From: an uncultured bacterium
GTDB taxonomy: Bacteria; Desulfobacterota; BSN033; UBA1163
Length of the DNA: 64,000 nucleotides
NCBI GenBank assembly: GCA_938002255.1
Contig: CALLAL010000012.1
Span: 41,456-105,455, forward strand
Direction of reading: 5' to 3'
This document shows positions 48,797-58,302 of the stretch, one piece after another. Every line of letters starts with the position of its first letter. Positions within the stretch are counted from its first letter, which is position 1. The translations under genes and the position numbers were made by a program. The notes beneath the pieces are model-generated. The model was not told the origin of the DNA and made no database searches. It worked only from the letters and a program-made list of their open reading frames with translations.

Positions 48797-49629
48797 TCTC
48801 GCCTTTTCTCCTTCCTCTCAAAGCCTTCCTTGACAAGGACCTGCACCACTGGCCATCTTTCCTTTACCTGTCCCAGGACAACCCTTTCTATTTCGAAACC
48901 ACCTTTTTCAAAGATGAATCGGGCAAGGGCATCGGCTTGGGTCATCTCCTCTAACACATCCATTTTATTTAAAAAGGCAATCCGTCTTGCCGATGGAGGT
49001 GTTCCTTTAAAAAGACCTTGCGGATGAGTAAATAATCGAGCCATTCCTTCTCCTGCTATTTTCTCACCTTCCAGAATCCCTGTCAATTTCGAAACAAGGT
49101 GTGCTTGAAAAACATTCTGATCATTCAGCTCCTTTCCAATCCCATCAAGCCCAAGCAGAGCGATCACCAGAGTGGTGTTTTTTGGAATGACAGGTTCTTG
49201 TTCTCTGGGAGCCTTAATGGGTCTGCCAGCTGCTCCATCTGCTTCAATGATCATATAATTGATCTCATGTAAACTCCAGAGAAGATCTGCAAGGTCAGGA
49301 GAAATTCCTCTAAGCTTTCCTTCCTCAAGCCTCTCAACAGCAAGGGTAAGATGTCGGCCCGTCGGGAGATGGAGGCTGACAAACCTCTTCATCTCTTTTT
49401 CATTGGTTGATACGAAAAGGTGGGGGGCCTCGTCTTTAGAGGGTTCCTTAATTTTTGTCGTCGTGGTGGTGATGACGTTCTTCCCCTTGAGGTAGAGTTC
49501 ATGGGCAAGCCGAAACATGAGGGTGGTCTTTCCACCTGCCCCGGTCAAACAAATCATCTCCTTTTTTCCTAATCCCAATGCCTCTGATAATGATCGGTGA
49601 TCCGTCCGGGATTGTTCATCGTCCATCAT
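48793..49629 (-). CDS. yqeC: Selenium-dependent hydroxylase accessory protein, YqeC family
   Basis: Characteristic N-terminal P-loop CLTGAGGKTTLMFRLA; about 278 aa. Confidence 0.7.
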   Translation of the reverse strand: MMDDEQSRTDHRSLSEALGLGKKEMICLTGAGGKTTLMFRLAHELYLKGKNVITTTTTKIKEPSKDEAPHLFVSTNEKEMKRFVSLHLPTGRHLTLAVERLEEGKLRGISPDLADLLWSLHEINYMIIEADGAAGRPIKAPREQEPVIPKNTTLVIALLGLDGIGKELNDQNVFQAHLVSKLTGILEGEKIAGEGMARLFTHPQGLFKGTPPSARRIAFLNKMDVLEEMTQADALARFIFEKGGFEIERVVLGQVKERWPVVQVLVKEGFERKEKRRE

Positions 49630-49644
49630 TGAATAGTCTTCATT

Positions 49645-50496
49645 TTATTTATTGTACCAGTATAAAATCGCTTCTAAAACTCCTCCGCCAATGGCTCTTG
49701 CTTTTTCTGAAATCAAGTAACACCACTCTTTCTTAGCTCTTGGATCGATATCTCCCACCTTCATTCCCTTTTTTGCCTCAATGCCTTCTCGAAGCAGTCC
49801 TCTCACAATGCCGCTGATCTGAGCAATAACAGGATAGTCATCCACAACCGCAACGACCGACCCTTTGGTCACAGCATCCCCGATTGCTTTCTGAGGATGA
49901 AAGATCCCTTTCTTCATCGTTCGAAGAACTCTCTCAACCGTATATCCTCCGATCTCTCCGGGGATGCCCGTATCCGGCTCCGCCTCTCCCTCAAGGATGA
50001 CTCTCCCTAAATTGTGGCCTCGGTTTGTTTCAATCACAAGATGAACATCTTCCCCTGCAGTAAAGCCTGGTCCAAGTCCGATCACCAAAGGGGCATCCTC
50101 CTTCCGTGTTCCGAGATTTCTCTTCGCCATAATGGCATCCACAAGAATATCAGGGTTTAAAATTTTCCGTGTCTCTTTTGCCTCAGGATCAATCAGGATA
50201 GGGATATGACCTTCCTTCCAGACGGAATCGATTTCCTGTGGTGCATGGATTCTTTTGGCGAGGACTCCTTCCACCGATTTTTCTCCATCGTAGATAGCTT
50301 CACAAAAAGAGACTTCTCGTCTTACAGCGAGGGGGTGTGATACCTCTGTCATGCAGATCCTAAAGTGGGATCGGAAAAGCCGATGGGCGACACCACTCGC
50401 CATCTCTCCTGCACCCCGAATGAGAATGATAAGATCAGATAATTTTTTCTGTGATGCCATTGAAAACTCCTCTCTCCCATGCCCTGTGACCATCAT
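49645..50496 (-). CDS. yqeB: Selenium-dependent molybdenum hydroxylase system protein, YqeB-like
   Basis: Rossmann-like GAGEMASGVA N-terminus; size and position between the mocA-like gene and yqeC match YqeB-family genes of SDMH loci (family call made from memory). Confidence 0.55.
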   Translation of the reverse strand: MMVTGHGREEFSMASQKKLSDLIILIRGAGEMASGVAHRLFRSHFRICMTEVSHPLAVRREVSFCEAIYDGEKSVEGVLAKRIHAPQEIDSVWKEGHIPILIDPEAKETRKILNPDILVDAIMAKRNLGTRKEDAPLVIGLGPGFTAGEDVHLVIETNRGHNLGRVILEGEAEPDTGIPGEIGGYTVERVLRTMKKGIFHPQKAIGDAVTKGSVVAVVDDYPVIAQISGIVRGLLREGIEAKKGMKVGDIDPRAKKEWCYLISEKARAIGGGVLEAILYWYNK

Positions 50497-51086
50497 CTCT
50501 TGGTTCTCAAGGCCTTTCTGTAATCTCTTGGAGTATCGATATCCATGAGGACCCCGGAAGCTCTCACCGGAACAACATGGACCTCTTCAGGGTGTCTCCT
50601 CAGAATCGTTTTTCCTCCCTCATCGCCTTTCAATCTTAGCAGTTCCCACCTCAATGTTTGAGGGAAAATGACAGGATGTCCACTTTTTCCTCTAAACGAT
50701 GGGACGATAATCTTCTCCCCCTTTTCATGAAAAGCATCAATCAGAGCATTGATCGTCCGAGACCGAATAGAGGGTTGATCAGCTAACGCGATAAGAATCC
50801 CCTTGCAGTTAAGATCGGTCGCCTCCACACCCTTTTGAATAGAACTGCTCATTCCTTTGCGGTAATTAGAATTCAAAACGACCTTCACCTTTCTGTCAAG
50901 GATGGTGCGGGCAATCGACTCTGTATGGTCATTGACCACCAGGATCACTTCTTTCACCCGGGAGCGAAGGAGAGCCTGAAGGCTCTGGTGAAGGATCGTC
51001 TTCTTTCCCCAGGGGAGAAGAAGTTTATTCTCCCCCATCCTTTTCGATTCGCCGGCACACAAAAGGATGGCTGTAACGGAATTCAT
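50493..51086 (-). CDS. MobA-like NTP transferase (likely molybdenum cofactor cytidylyltransferase MocA)
   Basis: AILLCAGESKRMG...NKLLL nucleotidyltransferase motif; 197 aa; context with xdhC, yqeB and yqeC. Confidence 0.7.
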   Translation of the reverse strand: MNSVTAILLCAGESKRMGENKLLLPWGKKTILHQSLQALLRSRVKEVILVVNDHTESIARTILDRKVKVVLNSNYRKGMSSSIQKGVEATDLNCKGILIALADQPSIRSRTINALIDAFHEKGEKIIVPSFRGKSGHPVIFPQTLRWELLRLKGDEGGKTILRRHPEEVHVVPVRASGVLMDIDTPRDYRKALRTKR

Positions 51087-51234
51087 CTTTGAATGGATTT
51101 AAATTTAATCTTTGTATTCATCCCCTGTCAAGGCACAGGAGGGTAGCCTGGGCGTCCAAATATTTTTGATGAAAATAATTTCCAAGTATGTTAAATAAAA
51201 TTAAATATTAAACTAATGAGAGGAGGTACGTTTC

Positions 51235-51735
51235 ATGATCCCCCAAATTAATCGAATCCTTTATGCTACAGATCTGAGCAAGAATTCTTCCTATGCCTTT
51301 TTATACGCCATTGATATGGCAAAAAAGCATAACGCTGAGATTGTGATTTTGCATGCAATTGAACCCATCCCCTCCTATGCTGAAACCTATGTCGCTATGT
51401 CAGGGGATTTCCGAAAGAAACGCCATGAAGAGTTTGTCGAAAAAATAAAGAGTAATTTGCAGGCTTTTTGTCAGAAAGCGGAGGGCCATGTAGGTTCCTC
51501 CTGTGCTAATCTGGTTTCCAAAATCCTCGTACCGGTGGGTTATCCCCCTAATGAGATCCTCAACGCTGCAGAAGACGAAAAGTGCGATCTCATTGTGATG
51601 GGCTCTCATGGAAAAGGATTTTTAGCCCACACCTTCCTGGGAAGTGTATCCAGTGCTGTGTTGAACCGAACCAGAAAACCTGTCTTCATCATTCCTCTTC
51701 CCTCTGAAGTGGACATCGCATGGGATGAGGTCTGA
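51235..51735 (+). CDS. Universal stress protein (UspA family)
   Basis: ILYATDLS...IVILHA...DLIVMGSHGKG...GSV USP motifs. Confidence 0.85.
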   Translation: MIPQINRILYATDLSKNSSYAFLYAIDMAKKHNAEIVILHAIEPIPSYAETYVAMSGDFRKKRHEEFVEKIKSNLQAFCQKAEGHVGSSCANLVSKILVPVGYPPNEILNAAEDEKCDLIVMGSHGKGFLAHTFLGSVSSAVLNRTRKPVFIIPLPSEVDIAWDEV

Positions 51736-51821
51736 ATTTTTACTGGAAGTTTAAATTAAATCCCTTTGCCCCAACAGGACATCAGGTCCTCCAACCGTTT
51801 TGTACCGGAAAGGAGAGGAAA

Positions 51822-53327
51822 ATGAAAAAGGTGGTTTACAGCTTACTCCTTATCCTCTGTCTGACACCTATAGTTCTTTTGGCACAACAGCCAAGTCAAA
51901 AGGGAGCGACGCCATCCATCAGTCAAGAAACCCAAGCCTGCCTCGATTGTCATAAAACCTACACGCCTGGCATCGTGGAAGATTGGCTTAGGAGTCTCCA
52001 TGCTAAAACAACACCTGCCGCAGCGCTAAAGAAACCAGAACTCAGAAGGCGGATGAGCGCCCAAAAGGTCCCCTCCTCTCTGGAAAAAGTCGTGGTGGGC
52101 TGCTATGAATGCCATGCCTTAAACCCCAAAACCCATAAAGACAATTTCGATCATATGGGGTTTCAGATCAACGTGATTGTCTCTCCTCAGGACTGCTCTA
52201 CGTGTCACCCTGTTGAAGCAAAACAATATTCCGGAAGCAAAAAAGCCCATGCGGCTGGCAATCTGCTTAAGAATCCTGTTTTCAATTTATTGGTTGAAAC
52301 GATCCTCAGCAAAAAAATCGTTGAAAATGGAAAGATCGGTCAGAAGCCCTCCTCAGATTTTACCCGTCAGGAAACCTGCTTCAGTTGTCATGGAACAGAA
52401 GTAAAGGTCACAGGGACGGAAACCATCCAAACCGCTATGGGAGGAGTTGATGTTCCCAAACTGACCAACTGGCCAAATCAGGGCGTTGGAAGAATCAACC
52501 CCGATGGAAGCATGGGCGCCTGCTCCTCCTGCCATCCAAGACATCAATTTTCCATTGAGGTAGCTCGAAAACCATACACCTGCGGTCAATGCCATCTCGA
52601 CCCCGATGTACCTGCCTGGAATGTGTATAAAGAAAGCAAGCATGGCAATATCTACTTTTCGAACGATCAAAAGTGGAACTTTAATGCTGTTCCATGGAGG
52701 ATCGGGAAAGATTTCCAAACACCAACGTGTGCGGTTTGCCATAACAGTCTCATCACCACCCCGGACGGGAAAGTGGTGGCGGAAAGGACTCATGATTTCG
52801 GTTCGAGGCTGTGGGTGAGGCTCTTCGGACTCATCTATTCTCATCCTCAGCCAAAACATGGTGATACCTCCGTGATTAAAAATAAAGATGGATTGCCATT
52901 GCCTACCACCTTCACTGGTGAACCCGCCTTAGAGGGGTTGATCGATGAAAAAGAGCAAAAGAAAAGAAAACAATCCATGTCCAAGGTCTGCACACAATGC
53001 CATGCCACTTCCTGGACCAATCTTCATTTTGCTAAACTTGACCATACCATCCTCGAGGTGGATCAGATGAGTCTCGCCTCAACCCAGTTGCTTCTTGAGG
53101 CATGGAAACATAACCTTGCAGAGGGGCTTCCACAGGGCCAAAACCCATTCGACGAAGGAATTGAGCAGATGTGGATCCGGCAGTGGCTCTTTTATGCCAA
53201 CTCCGTCAAATACGCCTCTGCGATGACCGGAGCTCCAGATTATGCGACTTTCAAAAATGGTTGGTGGAATCTAACTGAAAATCTACAGCACATGAAAGAT
53301 TGGATCGAATTCAAGAAAAAGAAATAG
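51822..53327 (+). CDS. Octaheme c-type cytochrome (HAO/ONR/OTR-like multiheme)
   Basis: Signal peptide plus eight CxxCH motifs (CLDCH, CYECH, CSTCH, CFSCH, CSSCH, CGQCH, CAVCH, CTQCH) in 501 aa. Confidence 0.8.
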   Translation: MKKVVYSLLLILCLTPIVLLAQQPSQKGATPSISQETQACLDCHKTYTPGIVEDWLRSLHAKTTPAAALKKPELRRRMSAQKVPSSLEKVVVGCYECHALNPKTHKDNFDHMGFQINVIVSPQDCSTCHPVEAKQYSGSKKAHAAGNLLKNPVFNLLVETILSKKIVENGKIGQKPSSDFTRQETCFSCHGTEVKVTGTETIQTAMGGVDVPKLTNWPNQGVGRINPDGSMGACSSCHPRHQFSIEVARKPYTCGQCHLDPDVPAWNVYKESKHGNIYFSNDQKWNFNAVPWRIGKDFQTPTCAVCHNSLITTPDGKVVAERTHDFGSRLWVRLFGLIYSHPQPKHGDTSVIKNKDGLPLPTTFTGEPALEGLIDEKEQKKRKQSMSKVCTQCHATSWTNLHFAKLDHTILEVDQMSLASTQLLLEAWKHNLAEGLPQGQNPFDEGIEQMWIRQWLFYANSVKYASAMTGAPDYATFKNGWWNLTENLQHMKDWIEFKKKK

Positions 53328-53348
53328 AGACCATCAGGGAGGATTGAG

Positions 53349-53657
53349 ATGTCGCTTAAAAAACCGAGTGAACTGGAAGAGGAATATTTTGCGAGGCTGG
53401 AGTTCGAAACAAGGAAGAAGATTGAAGAGGAGAAGCATAAGAAATTGCAAGAGGAAGAAAAAAAGAGGCTTCGTGAACTCCATTACATGCGATGTCCAAA
53501 ATGCGGCATGGAACTGATAGAGATCGACTATAAACACATCAAAGTCGATAAATGCTCCGAATGTGAGGGCGTATGGCTCGATCCCGGAGAGCTGGAGGCC
53601 ATCTCAAAACTTGAAAAATCTGGGCTTGACAAGCTGTTCAGTGTTTTTAAGAAGTGA
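53349..53657 (+). CDS. Zinc-ribbon domain protein with N-terminal charged coiled coil
   Basis: CPKCG...CSECEG four-Cys zinc ribbon; Glu/Lys-rich N-terminal half. Confidence 0.5.
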   Translation: MSLKKPSELEEEYFARLEFETRKKIEEEKHKKLQEEEKKRLRELHYMRCPKCGMELIEIDYKHIKVDKCSECEGVWLDPGELEAISKLEKSGLDKLFSVFKK

Positions 53658-53694
53658 GCTTTGGGATTCATCAAAGAGTTCACAGGAGAAAGGA

Positions 53695-54390
53695 ATGGGA
53701 ATATTTGAATTAAATCGGCGTCAGCTATTTTTTTTCTTAGGATATGGAGGATTGGCATTACTATCGGGTCTTCCTCAGATGTCCCTCAGTCAAGAAAAAA
53801 AAGAGACAAAACCGCTTTACCTTTCCAAGAACTACAACACCCTCTTAGGGATGGAAGGATTCAGTGACACCCTCCTGAAAAACCATTTTACCCTCTACCA
53901 AGGTTATGTGGCCCAAACGAATCGTTTAATCCAAATTCTGGACCGAATGGTCAAAGAAGGGAAGGTGGGATCTTCGGAATACGCTGAATTGAAAAGGAGG
54001 TTCGGGTGGGAGTTCAACGGAATGAGGCTTCATGAATACTATTTTGAAAATCTGGGGGGGAAGGAAGGAATCGATAAATCAGGGAAGCTCTTTAAGAAGA
54101 TCTCTGAAGAGTTCGGAAATTACGAAACCTGGGAGAAAGATTTTAAAGCCACCGGAATGATGAGAGGAATCGGATGGGCTATTCTTTATCAGGATTCCCA
54201 TTCAGGAAAGTTATTCAATTGCTGGATTAACGAACATGAAATGGGACACCCATCGGGATGTCATCCAATCCTCATCCTCGATGTCTTTGAGCATGCCTTT
54301 ATGATCGATTACGGATTGAAACGGGCTGATTACATCGAAGCTTTTTTTAAGAATCTCAACTGGAAGGCTATCGAAAAAAGATTAGGCTAA
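53695..54390 (+). CDS. Fe/Mn superoxide dismutase-family protein with twin-arginine signal
   Basis: Tat motif NRRQLFFF; C-terminal SOD signature DVFEHAFMIDYGLKRADYIEAFF (compare DVWEHAYY) and GIGWAIL; start at the Met after an AGGAGAAAGGA RBS. Confidence 0.7.
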   Translation: MGIFELNRRQLFFFLGYGGLALLSGLPQMSLSQEKKETKPLYLSKNYNTLLGMEGFSDTLLKNHFTLYQGYVAQTNRLIQILDRMVKEGKVGSSEYAELKRRFGWEFNGMRLHEYYFENLGGKEGIDKSGKLFKKISEEFGNYETWEKDFKATGMMRGIGWAILYQDSHSGKLFNCWINEHEMGHPSGCHPILILDVFEHAFMIDYGLKRADYIEAFFKNLNWKAIEKRLG

Positions 54391-54441
54391 CTCCCCCGCC
54401 CTCCTTTCAAAAAGGGGGCCGGGGGATCGAAGGAGCAGAAC

Positions 54442-54900
54442 TTAACCGGTAAGGGTTGCCAAATAAGCCGCACCTAATTGGTCAATGTGATCTTTCACAT
54501 TCTCAAAGTAATTATAGTGTTCTTCTTCATCCTTTAGAAGTTCCTCAAAAATTTCTTTAGAAACCTGGTCCTTCTCCGCTGCACAGGTCACTGAGGCTTC
54601 GTTATACATCTTCATCGCCGTGGATTCAAGACCCATGTTTGTTTTTAACATCTCCTGAATCGTCTGACCTTTTTTGGCTACAGCATCAGGTTTAGAGGTG
54701 GGCTCCCCTTTCAGAAAGAGAATCCTCTCTGCCAATTTTTCAGCATGCTTCATTTCCTGTATGGCAATTTCTTTAAACTTGGTTGCCAGTTTCCCAAAAT
54801 CCTGATCCTCGAGTTCATAATGTTGCGCCATGTACTGAGTAATGGCATGGAGCTCCCTTGACCGCGCCGCATTCAATAGATCAATTACTTTCTTACTCAT
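54442..54900 (-). CDS. bfr: Bacterioferritin/ferritin-like protein
   Basis: 152-aa four-helix ferritin-like protein with di-iron Glu/His pattern (ELHAITQYMAQHYE...EMKHAEKL...EEEH). Confidence 0.75.
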   Translation of the reverse strand: MSKKVIDLLNAARSRELHAITQYMAQHYELEDQDFGKLATKFKEIAIQEMKHAEKLAERILFLKGEPTSKPDAVAKKGQTIQEMLKTNMGLESTAMKMYNEASVTCAAEKDQVSKEIFEELLKDEEEHYNYFENVKDHIDQLGAAYLATLTG

Positions 54901-55068
54901 AGGCCCTCCTTTTTATTGGTGAATTTTTGCCTATATATATAACATTGAACACATGAGATAACAAGTAAATTTTTAGATCTGTCTATGATACAATCCTTTC
55001 TTCAAGAAGAATCATCCTACTTGTCAAGGGCTTCTTTGAATGTTAAAAATCCTTTAGGAGGAATCATA

Positions 55069-57153
55069 ATGATCGTCAAAACCTTTTGCGCAAGGATGGA
55101 TCATGGTGGATGTGGGATTTTGGTTCATCTGGAGGGTGGAAAAATTCAAAAGATTGAGGGTGATCCTGACTGTCCATTAAATCAAGGAACGATCTGTGCA
55201 AAAGGAATTGCACAGATCGAAAGACTGAATCATCCTGACCGCCTCACCTATCCCATGAAGAGGATGGGGAGCAGGGGGGAAGGAAGATGGAGCCGAATCT
55301 CCTGGGATGAGGCCCTTGAAACGATTTCTCAACAGATCAAGAGGACGATTCATCAGTCAGGTCCGGAAAGCATTGCATTCGCCCAGGGCACACCCAAAGG
55401 CCTTGAACTCTTCCTGATGATGCGGCTTGCCAACCTTCTTCGCATTCCCAATATTTCAACTCCAGGCCATATCTGCCATATGCCGAGAGAAACCGCTTCC
55501 ACACTGACCTGTGGCTTTTTCCCGGTTCCGGATTATGACCATCCTCCTTCATGCGTACTTGTTTGGGGAAGCAACCTCTTTCAGACGAATGAAGAAGGTA
55601 TCATCGGTTCCCAACTTAAAAGGGCGCTGGACAGAGGAGCCAGACTCATTGTCATCGATCCAAGAAAGACAGGGGTGGCTTCACAGGCAGATCTCTGGAT
55701 CAGGCTCAGGCCTGGTACGGACATCTTTCTCGCACTGGGAATGCTCAGGGCAATCATCGATGAGAAGGTCTATGATCAACCTTTCGTCGAAAACTGGACA
55801 AAGGGGTTTCATGAATTGACAGGGCATCTCGAAGATTATTCCCTCGATAGGATTTCAGAGATCACCTGGGTTTCGAAAGAGGAGATCATTAAGGCCGCAA
55901 GGCTCTATGCTCAGAGTAGGCCTGCAGCTCTGCAGTGGGGAAATGCGATCGAACATACGACCAATAGCTTCCAGTGTTCCAGGGCCCTTCTCATTCTCAT
56001 GGCCATCACCGGAAATCTTGATATCCCGGGTGGAAATGTAAACCGGATTGCTCCCCCAGTGATGAGGCCTGGAGAGTTGGTCCAGATCAAGAAATTTCCT
56101 GAGAAGAGGGAGAAAATCCTCAGCCATGAGTTTCGTCTCTCAACGATGATGGGATTTGTCCCCTCTCAGTTGATTGTCAAAGCGATTCTCACGGGAAAGC
56201 CCCATCCCATTCGGATGATGTATATTCAAGGTGGAAATCCCCTCCTCAGTTACGCTAATTCGAAAGACACCTATGAAGCCTTAAAGAAGTTGGATTTTCT
56301 TGCAATCTCAGAGATTTTCCTAACACCGACTGCCCAGATGGCTGACATCGTACTTCCTGCAGCAACCCATTTTGAGTTTGATGACATAGGTCATTATGGT
56401 CTTCCCCACGGGTTCATTCTGGCAAGGCCCAAGATCGTCGAACCCATAGGAGAGTGCTGGTCTGATTTAAACATCTTGAATGAATTGGGGAAAAAGCTCG
56501 GCCTGGAGGAATATTTCTGGCAAAGCACAGAAGATTGCTTGGATGAGATTCTGAGACCCTCAGGATTGACTTATGATGACTTTAAATCAATCGGTTTATT
56601 AAAAGGGAGATGGGAATACCGTTCTTTTGAGAAGAAGGGGTTTTCAACTCCTTCTGGAAAGATCGAACTCTATTCTGAACAGCTGAAAGCGTGGGGTTAT
56701 CCGCCCCTTCCCTCCCCGATGGAATCCGAAACATCTTCTGAAGAAATCCGAAAAGAATTCCCTCTCATTTTTACTTCTGCAAAAGACCCTTACTATTTCC
56801 ATTCCGCCTATCGAAACATCCTTTCTCTACGAAAACTTTCTCCTGACCCAGTTCTGTTGATCCATCCTGACACAGCCTCACGGTTTGGCATCACAGAGGG
56901 AGACTGGGTTGAAATTGAAACGGTAAAAGGAGCGATTCGGCAGAAAGCGAGAATGGATAAGGAAATCGACCGTCAAGTGATCGTCCTCAGTTATGGGTGG
57001 TGGTTTCCAGAACGAAAGGACCTCGAACTTTCCGGTTGGAAAGAGTCTAACCTCAACATTCTGACAGATAATAGTCCTCCTTACGAACCAGCAATTGGCT
57101 CAACCTCTTTGAGAGCCATTCCTTGCCGGATTTCAAAATCGCATCCTTTTTGA
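55069..57153 (+). CDS. Molybdopterin oxidoreductase catalytic subunit (DMSO reductase / MopB superfamily), cytoplasmic
   Basis: N-terminal Cys cluster FCARMDHGGCG...DPDCPLNQGTICAKG; MopB molybdopterin and C-terminal MGD-binding domains; no Tat signal; start at the Met after an AGGAGGAATC RBS. Confidence 0.85.
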   Translation: MIVKTFCARMDHGGCGILVHLEGGKIQKIEGDPDCPLNQGTICAKGIAQIERLNHPDRLTYPMKRMGSRGEGRWSRISWDEALETISQQIKRTIHQSGPESIAFAQGTPKGLELFLMMRLANLLRIPNISTPGHICHMPRETASTLTCGFFPVPDYDHPPSCVLVWGSNLFQTNEEGIIGSQLKRALDRGARLIVIDPRKTGVASQADLWIRLRPGTDIFLALGMLRAIIDEKVYDQPFVENWTKGFHELTGHLEDYSLDRISEITWVSKEEIIKAARLYAQSRPAALQWGNAIEHTTNSFQCSRALLILMAITGNLDIPGGNVNRIAPPVMRPGELVQIKKFPEKREKILSHEFRLSTMMGFVPSQLIVKAILTGKPHPIRMMYIQGGNPLLSYANSKDTYEALKKLDFLAISEIFLTPTAQMADIVLPAATHFEFDDIGHYGLPHGFILARPKIVEPIGECWSDLNILNELGKKLGLEEYFWQSTEDCLDEILRPSGLTYDDFKSIGLLKGRWEYRSFEKKGFSTPSGKIELYSEQLKAWGYPPLPSPMESETSSEEIRKEFPLIFTSAKDPYYFHSAYRNILSLRKLSPDPVLLIHPDTASRFGITEGDWVEIETVKGAIRQKARMDKEIDRQVIVLSYGWWFPERKDLELSGWKESNLNILTDNSPPYEPAIGSTSLRAIPCRISKSHPF

Positions 57154-57303
57154 AAGAAATTGGAACCCCTTTTCTGTTTTAAAGGGTAGGTTCTTAGAGC
57201 ACAAATCTCTATGGTGCTTAAAGGTTTTTGTAACGTTTCAATTTTCTTGACTTTTTCATAAAAACGGATAAAATTCATAAAATTTTGTTGGAGGTCAATT
57301 TCA

Positions 57304-58284
57304 CTGAAGGCACTGGTTACCGGAGGAACAGGATTTATCGGGAGTCATCTGGTTGAGACCCTCCTTAAGAGAGGGGATGAAGTCCGCTGTCTGGTTAGAA
57401 ATAAAAACGATCTGAGGTGGTTAAAAAACCTTCCTATCGAAACGGTTCAGGGTGATTGTAAAGATAGATCCTCTCTGTCAGAGGCTGTAAAGGGAATCGA
57501 TCAGGTATTCCATCTCGCCGGTGTAACTCGGGCGTTGAATGAACAGATCTATATGGACGTTAATGCCCTCGGCACTGAAAATCTGATCCATGCCTGCCTT
57601 GAAAAGAATCCCCATCTCAAAAAATTTATCTATCTTTCAAGTCAGGCCGCTGCGGGTCCCTGTCGGGATGGAGGAAAAAAGAGAGAGTCAGACCAGTGTC
57701 AACCGGTCTCCCCCTACGGAAGAAGCAAACGAAGAGGAGAAGAGTATTGTCTCGAACATGTTAGTCAAATCCCCCTGGTGATCTTAAGGCCTTCTGCGGT
57801 TTATGGGCCGAGAGACAGGGATGTTTATTTCTTTTTTAAGGTTCTGAAAAAGGGAATCAAACCCCTTTTCTCACAAGAGGAACAACACATCAGCCTTTGT
57901 TATGTTGAGGACGTGGTTCAGGCATTGCTTTTATCAGCAGATTCGTACGATGCAACAGGGGAGGTTTTTTTCATATCGGATGGTCAGGACTATCGCCTTG
58001 ATCAAATTGGAGACCTTTTCGAAAAAAGCATGGGAATTCATGCTCGACCCATCTATATCCCCAGATGGGTTATCTCTGGAGTAGCTTCCTTTTCTGAACG
58101 GATTTCAAAATTCACTCAAAACCCCCCATTAATCAATAGAGGTAAGGTTGAGGAGATGATTCAGAAAAATTGGCTCTGCGATATTTCGAAAGCAGAAAAG
58201 GTTCTCGGTTTTAAACCTCGCTTCTCCCTTGCAGAAGGAATTAAAATCACTTATGAATGGTATCTAAAAGAGAACTGGCTATAA
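57304..58284 (+). CDS. NAD(P)-dependent epimerase/dehydratase-family protein (CerR-like)
   Basis: Rossmann motif LVTGGTGFIGSHLV lies upstream of the first ATG (57535), so the gene must use a non-ATG start near 57300 (in-frame CTG at 57304 after GGAGG); exact start uncertain. Confidence 0.65.
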   Translation: MKALVTGGTGFIGSHLVETLLKRGDEVRCLVRNKNDLRWLKNLPIETVQGDCKDRSSLSEAVKGIDQVFHLAGVTRALNEQIYMDVNALGTENLIHACLEKNPHLKKFIYLSSQAAAGPCRDGGKKRESDQCQPVSPYGRSKRRGEEYCLEHVSQIPLVILRPSAVYGPRDRDVYFFFKVLKKGIKPLFSQEEQHISLCYVEDVVQALLLSADSYDATGEVFFISDGQDYRLDQIGDLFEKSMGIHARPIYIPRWVISGVASFSERISKFTQNPPLINRGKVEEMIQKNWLCDISKAEKVLGFKPRFSLAEGIKITYEWYLKENWL

Positions 58285-58302
58285 CAAAGGACGAGGTGGA
58301 AT

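Noticed and set aside
52353-52859. 168-aa antisense ORF inside the octaheme cytochrome gene
   Set aside because: It overlaps the heme-motif-rich coding region on the opposite strand and has no supporting features.
54391-54441. GC-rich imperfect palindrome (CCCCCGCCC...GGGGGCCGGGGG) between the convergent SOD-like and bfr genes as a bidirectional terminator
   Set aside because: The stem is imperfect and there is no flanking U-tract on either strand. It is plausible but weak, so it was not listed as a feature.
54901-55068. Possible Fur box upstream of bfr (GATAACAAGTAAATTTT)
   Set aside because: It matches only about half of the 19-bp Fur consensus, so it cannot be distinguished from generally AT-rich promoter DNA.
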